This document shows, piece after piece, positions 52,767 through 62,113 of a stretch of DNA of 64,000 nt. Location: assembly GCF_006345805.1 (NCBI RefSeq), contig NC_042997.1:8742001-8806000 (forward strand), given 5' to 3'. The stretch is from Octopus sinensis. Its lineage: Eukaryota. A program made the position numbers and the translations under genes. A model generated the notes under the pieces. It was not told the origin of the DNA, ran no database searches, and was given only the letters and a program-made list of their open reading frames with translations. The first letter of the stretch is position 1, and each line of letters starts with the position of its first letter.

Positions 52767-53431
52767 CTACAAAAACGTTACCAACGAAACGAAAAATTCG
52801 GAGATAACTTGTAAGGGAGCAAAAGTATTCAATATGCAATAAAGGGTGGAATGTAATTAATTTAATAAAATTAATCAATTTCGCCTAGTAGATTTGTCGG
52901 TATGGAAAAGACCATATTTGGTAAGGGTTATAATAATTATAATTAAGGGTTAAATGCAACAAGTTGCTCAAAACCACATACCGAAAATATTAGAAATAGC
53001 AGCCAAAATTGGTACCTATTTCCTCTACTAGTAAAATGTCTCCACAAACAAACAGAATTTGTAAGCTGTATATGGCAAAAAAGGCAGAAAATAACGAAAA
53101 CCCAGCCTGTGGATTAATTATAGATGACTCATTTCTGGATTAGAACCGAAGGTTCATTTCCTTGTCAAGCATTTCAAGATCTATAGGAAATATTATATTG
53201 ACAAGGAAATGAACCTTCGGTTCTAATCCAGAAACGAGTCATCTATAATTAATCCACAGGCTGGGTTTTCGTTATTTTCTGCCTTTTTTGCCATATACAG
53301 CTTACAAATTCTGTTTGTTTGTGGAGACTTTTTACTAGTAGAGGAAATAGGTACCAATTTTGGCTGCTATTTCTAATAATTTCGGTATGTGGTTTTGAGC
53401 AACTTGTTGCATTTAACCCTTATATATATAT

Positions 53432-54565
53432 GTGCGGGCCATGTATAGGGACGCTGCTAGTAGGGTGAGGGTTGGAAACGAGTACAGTGAAGAATTCCGG
53501 GTAGAGGTAGGGGTCCACCAAGGCTCAGTACTCAGCCCCCTCCTATTTATCATAGTCCTCCAGGCAATAACGGAGGAATTCAAGACAGGATGCCCTTGGG
53601 AGCTCCTCTATGCTGATGACCTTGCTCTAATTGCTGAGTCGCTATCAGAACTGGAGGAGAAGTTTCAGGTGTGGAAACAAGGATTAGAATCGAAGGGCCT
53701 CAGAGTCAATCTAGCTAAAACCAAAGTCGTAATCAGTAGGAAGGTAGACAAATCACACACGCCTTCAGGTAGATGGCCCTGCTCGATCTGTAGAAAAGGT
53801 GTAGGTAGAAACTCTATAAGATGCACCAAGTGTAAGCTATGGACACATAAGAGGTGCAGCAATGTCAAAGGAAGGCTAACTAGGAAGATGGTTTTTGTAT
53901 GTGGCAGATGCTCAGGAACAATAAACACTGAAAATGCTCTGAGACCAACTTCCGTCACTTTCCAGGGAGAAAAACTAGAAATAGTTGATAGTTTCCGTTA
54001 CCTAGGTGACCAAGTCAGCAGCGGAGGCGGGTGTGCTGAAAGTGTAACTGCTAGAGTAAGAATAGCTTGGGCAAAGTTCAGAGAGCTCTTACCCCTGCTG
54101 GTGACAAAAGGCCTCTCGCACAGAGTGAAAGGCAGACTGTATGATGCGTGTGTACGAACAGCCATGCTACATGGCAGTGAAACATGGGCCGTGACTGCTG
54201 AGGATATGCGTAAGCTTGCAAGAAATGAAGCCAGTATGCTCCGATGGATGTGTAATGTCAGTGTTCATAATCGACAGAGTGTAAGTACCTTGAGAGAAAA
54301 GCTGGACCTAAGAAGCATCAGTTGTGGTGTGCAAGAGAGACGATTGCGCTGGTATGGTCATGTGGCGAGAATGGATGAAGATAGTTGTGTGAAAAAGTAC
54401 CACACCCTAGCGGTTGAGGGAACCTGTGGAAGAGGCAGACCCAGGAAAACCTGGGACGAGGTGGTGAAGCACGACCTCCGAACTTTAGGTCTCACTGAGG
54501 AAATGACTAGAGACCGAGTCCTATGGAAGTGTGCTGTGCGCGAGAAGACCCGGCAGGACAAGTGA
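53432..54565 (+). CDS. RTE ORF2 C-terminal half (RT domains 4-7 with PHD-like C4HC3 insertion)
   Basis: GVHQGSVLSPLLF, LLYADDL, FRYLG, LHGSETW, RRLRWYGHVARM, RGRPRKTW. Confidence 0.93.
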   Translation: MRAMYRDAASRVRVGNEYSEEFRVEVGVHQGSVLSPLLFIIVLQAITEEFKTGCPWELLYADDLALIAESLSELEEKFQVWKQGLESKGLRVNLAKTKVVISRKVDKSHTPSGRWPCSICRKGVGRNSIRCTKCKLWTHKRCSNVKGRLTRKMVFVCGRCSGTINTENALRPTSVTFQGEKLEIVDSFRYLGDQVSSGGGCAESVTARVRIAWAKFRELLPLLVTKGLSHRVKGRLYDACVRTAMLHGSETWAVTAEDMRKLARNEASMLRWMCNVSVHNRQSVSTLREKLDLRSISCGVQERRLRWYGHVARMDEDSCVKKYHTLAVEGTCGRGRPRKTWDEVVKHDLRTLGLTEEMTRDRVLWKCAVREKTRQDK

Positions 54566-54639
54566 GTCCATAACCTGTGGCCTTCTACTTGGGATGGAGC
54601 CAGCCTACGTATGCATACCTTCCCTTCTTGGGACACAAA

Positions 54640-54930
54640 ACTCTACTTGTGAAGACCTGTTGAGGCAAGTGAGGATCAGAATCGAAATCGATCAATGGAA
54701 ATTGCAGATGTGTTACCAGTGCCGGTGGCATGTCGATACTCTACTTGTGAAGACCCGTTGAGGCAAGTGAGGATCAGAAATGGAAATTGATCAATGGAAA
54801 TTGCAGATGTGTTACCAGTGCCGGTGGCATGTCGAAACTCTACTTGTGAAGACCCGTTGAGGCAAGTGAGGATCAGAATGGAAATCGATCAATGGAAATT
54901 GCAGATGTGTTACCAGTGCCGGTGGCATGT
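54640..54930 (+). repeat. Three ~98-bp tandem units in the RTE 3' UTR
   Basis: Units start at 54640, 54738, 54837. Confidence 0.9.
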
Positions 54931-55353
54931 AAGAGAACCTTCCATTTCGCGACCGTTGCCAGCACCGCCCCGTTTCGTGTCCGTTGCCAGCCTCGCCTGG
55001 CCCTTGTGCCGGTGGCACATATAAAGCACCATCCGTTCGTGGCCGTTTGCCAGCTCTGTCTGGCACCTGTGCGGGTGGCACGTAAAAAGCACCCACTACA
55101 CTCACGGAGTGGTTGGCGTTAGGAAGGGCATCCAGCCGTAGAAACACTGCCAGATTTGACTGGGCCTGATGAAGCCTTCTAGCTTCACAGACCCCAGTAG
55201 AACCGTCCAACCCATGCTAGCATGGAAAGCGGACGCTAAACAATGATGATGATGATGATGATGATGATATATGTATATAAATATAATCACTTCACATGAG
55301 TTTTCCAGTCCATCTACATGTGTGCTGAAGCTTGCTACAGAATTTCTGCTTAG

Positions 55354-55413
55354 ATATATTTGGGGTATTTAATTGTACTCAGAACTTTGCACCTGCTTTT
55401 TCCGTGGGTATAT
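55354..55413 (+). CDS. Candidate 60-nt exon (IYLGYLIVLRTLHLLFPWVY in phase 0)
   Basis: ttctgcttag acceptor, gtaagt donor; two frames open. Confidence 0.3.
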
Positions 55414-55830
55414 GTAAGTATTCCATTTATTCTAATCATGTTTCTCGCTCTAGAAGGAAGAATCCCTGTGGATTAATCCAGAAATCAGTCCAATTCAGGA
55501 ATAACGAATTTTAAAAATTTCTGTTAGCTTGCTTTCTTCATTTCACTACACTGTGTATTTATAGTGAAAAATATTGTATGTGATTAAACAATCTAAGTTC
55601 TACTTTGCAGCATATTTGCATAGAAATTTTTTTTCGTTTACCTTTACTTATAATTGTTTATAATTTTCACCTTCAACCGGTTTCTAGACTGGCATTATAG
55701 CCTCACCTTCTTCAGCATGCACTACTATGATGGAGAGCCCCAATTTGTCATGTTGAAATTTGTGCTGCACCTGATTCATTTTGCACCAAATCATGGCAGC
55801 CACCAGTGTGAAAATTTGTTCCATATTGAC

Positions 55831-55864
<34 letters not shown>

Positions 55865-55865
<1 letters not shown>

Positions 55866-56538
55866 GGTGCAGGAGTGGCTGTGTGGTAAGTAGCTTGCTT
55901 ACCAAAAACATGGTTCCGAGTTCAGTCCCACTGCGTGGCATCTTGGGCAAGTGTCTTCTGCTATAGCCCCGGGTCGACCAATGCCTTGTGAGTGGATTTG
56001 TTAGACGGAAACTGAAAGAAGCCTGTCATATATATGTATATATATATATATATGTGTGTGTATATGTTTGTGTGTCTGTATTTGTCCCCCTAGCATTGCT
56101 TGACAACCGATGCTAGTGTGTTTATGTCCCCGTAACTTAACGGTTCGGCAAAAGAGACCGATAGAATAAGTACTGGGCTTACAAAGAATAAGTCCCGGGG
56201 TCGATCTGCTCGACTAAAAGGCGGTGCTCCAGCATGGCCGCAGTCAAATGACTGAAACAAGTAAAAGAGAGAAAGAAAGATATATATATATATATTATAT
56301 ATATATATATATATGTGTGTGTATATGTTTGTGTGTCTGTATTTGTCCCCCTAGCATTGCTTGACAACCGATGCTAGTGTGTTTATGTCCCCGTAACTTA
56401 ACGGTTCGGCAAAAGAGACCGATAGAATAAGTACTGGGCTTACAAAGAATAAGTCCCGGGGTCGATCTGCTCGACTAAAAGGCGGTGCTCCAGCATGGCC
56501 GCAGTCAAATGACTGAAACAAGTAAAAGAGAGAAAGAA

Positions 56539-56540
<2 letters not shown>
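55865..56540 (+). mobile_element. SINE family B with exact tandem duplication of its 3' half (261-bp period)
   Basis: tttgtccccc at 56081 and 56342; copies appear identical. Confidence 0.9.
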
Positions 56541-56575
<35 letters not shown>

Positions 56576-57349
56576 CAGTGAAAAAGTATAAAGAAGGAGG
56601 AACATAGTCTGAAAAATAAGGTGTTAGATTAATATTTCAATGGAAAGAGAATGTGTCTTAATGTCTCTGACGCTAGTCTTTCCTCAGAAGAAAGTTGGAG
56701 TGAGGCACAGAGGGAATGTGAAAGAGATAGAGTGAAAAAACAGGTGATGGGTTAGAAACCAGATGCAAATGTTTTGTAGGTTAGTTAAAAGGAGGGAAGT
56801 ATGGATGTGTAGATGCAAGTATGGATGAATCTGTGTTTTGAAAATATGCATAAGAGGAAATGATGTATATGTATGTACGTATGTTAGTTTGGTATATATA
56901 AGTGTATAAGTGAGCAAATGTGGAAGGAACAGAGGCATGAGTTAGTGGGGGTATTGTGTGTATGTGCGTGTGTAATCTTTATGTTGGGTGGTGTGGAACA
57001 TAGAGAGGTGAGAGCAGGTGCATGTGCAAGGAAAGGGAATAAATATATTAATAAATTACATGGGATGATAACGGCAATGTGGAGGGTGTTATGTATGTGC
57101 AAGTATATGACAAATATACACATTGGAGTGAAAACGATTTTGAACAAAGAAAGGGAGTGGTTTAGTCTTAAATTTGAAAAAGAAAAGAAAATGTAATGAG
57201 AAAATAAGTTAAAGAAACTGGTGAAACTTCCACAACTATGGTAAAATTCCTTGAGTGTTTTGTTAAGTGTCCAAAGTATTAGAGGAGAGTACTAAAATTC
57301 ACAAAAGAAGAGTGATGAGTGTGATAAAGAAACTGATAATATCCACAAA

Positions 57350-57765
57350 TGGCGCAGGAGTGGCTGTGTGGTAAGTAGCTTGCTAACCAACCACATGGTT
57401 CCGGGTTCAGTCCCACTGCGTGGCACCTTGGGCAAGTGTCTTCTGCTATAGCCTCGGGCCGACCAAAGCCTTGTGAGTGGATTTGGTAGACGGAAACTGA
57501 AAGAAGCCTGTCGTATATATGTATATATATATGTATGCGTATGTGTGTTTGTGTGTCTGTGTTTGTCCCCCTAGCATTGCTTGACAACCGATGCTGGTAT
57601 GTTTATGTCCCCGTTACTTAGCGGTTCGGCAAAAGAGACCGATAGAATAAGTACAGGGCTTACAAAAGAATAAGTCCCGGGGTCGAGTTGTTCGATTAAA
57701 GGCGGTGCTCCAGCATGGCCGCAGTCAAATGACTGAAACAAGTAAAAGAGAGAGTAAAAGAGTAA
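57350..57765 (+). mobile_element. SINE family B, full length
   Basis: tRNA-like head ggcgcaggagtggctgtgtggtaag...ggttcagtccc, CORE-like ccttgggcaag, internal microsatellite, tail gtaaaagag repeats. Confidence 0.92.
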
Positions 57766-58668
57766 AGAAGAAATAGCTGTAACAAACAGATAAAAAGCTG
57801 AACATAGCCCCTTTTTTTTTGTTGTTTTTTTTCTTGAGAGAAGTGAGGACTTCACAGGGAAGAAAGCAGCAGAAGTAGGAGCTTGGGGATAGGGTCTATT
57901 GGCAAGCTGATAGGGAGTATTGGTCAAGCAGGGGTAATAAGACAGAAGGTGAGGAAGAAAAGTGTGATTCAAAACTGTCAGCCAAAACAGGTGAGTTTCC
58001 ATACAGCTTCCACCAACCACTCACAAAGATTTACCCAAGACACTATACAGCGCACCAAATTGGAAACCATCCGGTTGAGAAATACTTCATAACCACACAG
58101 TGATACATGCATTACTTACTTGCTTACACTTCTATTTCTCTCCTCCCCACCCTCCCTTCCTCTTCATTTCCTCCCCTTCTCTCTCTCTCTTTCTCTCTCA
58201 CATCTGATCTCAACCATAAAGCAGACTCTAATAGCTACAACCTCAATCTCAATTCTAAACTCTGACCCCAACATTAGAGGTTAATTAAATATTTCTCTCA
58301 ACAAAATTAACAGTATAAAATGTGAACTTTGCTACCTTAATCACAATTAACTGGCAACAAGAGAAATAGGAGTCAAATCTTTCAATACATACACCTTACC
58401 ATCTTAAAAGTGGGGATAACATATTAGACACATATAATCCTATAAAGCCAGTACGTTTCTGGCTGGATGCCCTTTGATCCCAGGTTTGTATTGATGTATG
58501 ATTTAAAGACTTCTGTCAAAAACATAAACAGTAACAAATGTGAATTCTCCTACTTTAACTATAGCTACCTGTATATATCTACAGAGAATATGCAACATGT
58601 ATTATCTGTCCTATACTCCCATGCCAACAAGAGTAAAAGCAGTGAAACCTGACTTTATATATATTCAG

Positions 58669-58769
58669 CTATCTAAAAATGCCAGGATATTCATGGCTGG
58701 AATATTTTTGATCACTGTTGCACTCAGAATTGTCTTGGGACTAAACAGTAGAAACTGCATCTTTCCGAG
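58669..58769 (+). CDS. Candidate exon (LSKNARIFMAGIFLITVALRIVLGLNSRNCIFPR), hydrophobic
   Basis: attcag acceptor, gtgaaa donor, phase 0-2, open. Confidence 0.25.
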
Positions 58770-59809
58770 GTGAAAGAAATGGCTGTTTATTAGTATTGAC
58801 TGTCCAGCTGAACAGACATTATACGATACATGCTGACTGTAGACAGCAAGGTTGCCATTCACAAAAGACTATGATTTACTGATGTAATCATATCACTGAA
58901 CCCACCCTCTGGTAACTTCTTTGATAAGAGCTATGTTCTTGTCATGGAATTTTCAAGGAAGAATGCAAAGGTCATTGCCACCTATATCCTTCCTTCAGGC
59001 ATTTTTACTAGACACCATCTCATTGGGTAGATACAATTAAGTTTGCTACATCTGTCTGGGCATGCAGTACATAAAGAATTAGAGCCAACAACACAAAGTA
59101 TTTTGCCTGACAGTCTAATAATTCTATCAATCTACTTTCCTTGGTCAGTATTTTATTTTACTGAGCCTTAGAAGGATGAAAGACAGTGTTAACATCAGAA
59201 GGAAATTCCAAGAATAAATTTAAGGTATTTTGCCTGACATTCTAACAATTCTACCAATTCACTGCTTTATGATGCTAGACCTATTACCATTACCACCATC
59301 ATTCTTGGTGAACTACACACAATACTTTAATATTTCTGTCTCAATAAATGGCCTGAGCTTGAAATAATAGATTTGTTTTCTCTAACTACATATATTTTAC
59401 CTACCATATTTCCTTTTGAATTACTCACTTCTATGCAAACTCACACTGGCTTTTTCTGATTATGAATTTTACTAAAAGACTATAATTGCTCACCTATCAC
59501 AATGCTAGTCTTTGGATCTATTTGTACAACTAATTCATTCCTACCTATTGCTTAACTGCAGTAATTCTAGTAAAACTAGAATAAAACGTATCTGAAATTA
59601 TAAATTTCTTTATCTTGTTTAAACATTTGACTTACATTCTGTGTGTCAAGACTAATCTTAGTCTGGACTGTTTACAACTCTTTTTATATTAATGGTTGAT
59701 TTTAGAGGAAATGGCTATGCCTATAGCCTTTGCAGATCCTATGTAACCAATGATTTTAATGTCTTAACATTCCTCTTGAACATTTGCAAGCCAGTGGGTG
59801 CATCATCAT

Positions 59810-60140
59810 CATCATCGTCGTCGTTTAACATCTGCTTTCCACGCTAGCATGGATTGGATGGTTTGACTGAGGACTGGCAAACCAGAAGGTTGTACCAGGC
59901 TCCAATCTAATCAGGCAAAGTTTCTACAGCTTTTTCTACAGCCTTTTCTAATGCCAATCACTCTGAGAGTGTAGTGGGTGCTTTTTACATGCCACGAGCA
60001 TGGGAGCCAGTCAGGCAGCACTGGCCAACGATCAAAATTGAATGATGCTTTTTATGTGCCATTGGCAGGAGGCCAGTCAGACGACATTGGCATCAAACAC
60101 ACTCGAGTAGTGCTTTTCCGTGCCAATCAAGCTATACTGT
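59810..60140 (-). mobile_element. Decayed RTE 3' UTR
   Basis: (ATC)n + gtttaacatctgctttccacgctagcatgg. Confidence 0.75.
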
Positions 60141-61904
60141 TATCAATGCATGAAAGACAAATATAGTGACAGAATCCTTGAGTGTCAATCTCTTGGGAAT
60201 GAATGAATGACTGAATACAACGTTCATTATTGTGGCTTTTATGGCAGCCACACTGAGGATCATGAAGAAGAGACTAAGAGATACAAAAAGTTGGAGAAGT
60301 TGCTAGAATGGAAAATGATAAGAAGCTGCTTGTTGGATTCAGAGAGGTTTCCCTTCTTGGGAATAGAGAACACTGTTTTTAAACATCAAGAAGATTCCCA
60401 GAGAGAAATGTGGTGGGGATAGTGGGGATATAGATTAATATCAGGTGAACTGGAACTAGCTCCGAACCACATTGCTTGAGACTAAAAAAGAGACAGTGTT
60501 TGGATTGATGGTCTTGATAAGAACCAACCAGTTGTGCTTTTTCACAGTTGCAGTGAATATCTGCATGGTTGAAGGGAAAGTTTTTGTTTGGGAAAAGATT
60601 TACTTAGTGAGTACAGAGTCATGCTAGATACAAAGTGATCAGTAAATGTAGGGGTTTTATCCAAACAACATTACACACATGACTATTATTGTTGAAGAGT
60701 GGAGAAAATGTGGACCCTAGAAACCAACAAGAGATTGATGTACAGTTTGCTATTCAAAGGCTCAGGATACAAGAAATATCAAATAACAACCTACTGCTTT
60801 AAAAATAAAATGTAACATCGAATACTGTAGTCCAGGAACACTATATCTAACAAAAAGACAAAACAATCATAGTCTATGGTAACTGACAGCATAACTAAAA
60901 TATTTTTGATTACAGGTATGCTTAATAAGAGCTGACCTGAAACTAAATACCAACAGCAGCAATGAAAACACCAAAAATATAATTTCAACAGAGCTGCTTA
61001 ATCTGCTTGTCCTGGCAACTAAATATTTCACAAGAAGCACTTTGTTATCTTTAAAACGAAGATCACATGTTTTAAGTCTTTTGTATTTAAGTAGATTGCC
61101 TCAGAACCTTACAGTAGCAATTGAAGATCAAATGCAAAAATTTGATCCATATTAAGATGTTCAATGTTTTATGTCAATATGTCAAAGGTTAAGGATCTCT
61201 GAATGACACCTGAAAATTTAATTGGTTTCTTTTATACCATAGATTTCAACAACAATTTCAACAGCAACAGCAGAAGAAATAGTAGTCGCAGCAATTAATA
61301 TATTTCTGAATTTATAGACCTATCCATTATATTCTAGCACTGAAAACCAATTGAATAATATAAAACAAAAGATATTGGCATCAAGAACTCATATATAACA
61401 TGTATTGAATTATGAACATTTGACGTAAAACTTCTCGAATGTGAAAATTGTTCTTTAAAATAAATATGTCCGGAGACATTACATTTTATCATGTGGTCAA
61501 GTATATTTGAAATATTCATAACTTCATTTTCTTTCCAAGATAGGCATTTCAGAACGTATATTATTATGCAGGAATTATTACACTTCAGTTAGGTGTGGTC
61601 TCTGTGGAAGATGTAACCATGAAGAAATGATTTGTGTTCAGTGCCAATGAGAAAAATTGAAGTTGGACAATAAGGTTCAATAGATAAATACTTTACTCAA
61701 GAACTGCAATGCAAAGCTTAACAAAAATGAAAAATTGGCTTAGTAATAGATATCTACTGCATGGTATTCCATCATAAGTCAAAACCAAATAGATATTCTT
61801 ATATGACTTTTAAAATGTTCAAATTTGAACATCATTTATCGACAGCTTCCCCCGAGCTGTAAAAGTAGTTGGACTACTAGTCTCAGTGTCTAACTATTCA
61901 CATC

Positions 61905-61959
61905 CTGTGTTGGTTTTGATGAGTTCTGTGCAGGCGCCAAACTCATCTAACCTACACAG
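61905..61959. ncRNA. pre-miRNA-sized imperfect hairpin
   Basis: 18 paired positions, one mismatch and one small internal loop, ~14-nt terminal loop. Confidence 0.3.
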
Positions 61960-62071
61960 CCTTATCCAACTGATGGAGTAGGTTTATGAGTAAAATATTG
62001 TCCACCAGTGACCAACCCCAACTTTTTCTTACATATTTCAAATAATACATCCTTCCTTTTTTTAAAGACAG

Positions 62072-62113
62072 GAACACCTCATTTGAGGGAAATTTGGATA
62101 CTGTTTCTAACAG
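62072..62113 (+). CDS. Candidate 42-nt exon (GTPHLREIWILFLT or NTSFEGNLDTVSN)
   Basis: Strong pyrimidine tract ccttcctttttttaaagacag, CAG/gtaaac donor. Confidence 0.3.

Larger units (their letters stand above)
50762..53422. other. Complex rearranged CpG-rich cassette: A-B-D-B-E-F-A-E-inv(E)
   Basis: A 50762-50793=52832-52863; B 50794-51379~51743-52300; E 52301-52608~52861-53168; 53169-53422 = reverse complement of 52384-52637. Confidence 0.92.
53431..55268 (+). mobile_element. 5'-truncated young RTE LINE with 3' UTR and (GAT)n tail
   Basis: Uninterrupted ORF, long 3' UTR, GAT tail, TA-rich flanks. Confidence 0.95.

Noticed and set aside
54640-54930. Regularly spaced repeats resembling a CRISPR array
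   Set aside because: Head-to-tail near-identical units with no unique spacers, within an RTE 3' UTR of a eukaryotic sequence
57839-57990. Apparent exon with strong CAG/gtgagt donor
   Set aside because: Stops in all frames from the acceptor; the donor comes from a reversed SINE relic
60895-60922. AG/GT recursive-splice-like site (tttttgattacag/gtatgc); similar minus-strand site near 300
   Set aside because: Host gene and strand unknown; such motifs arise by chance in AT-rich DNA
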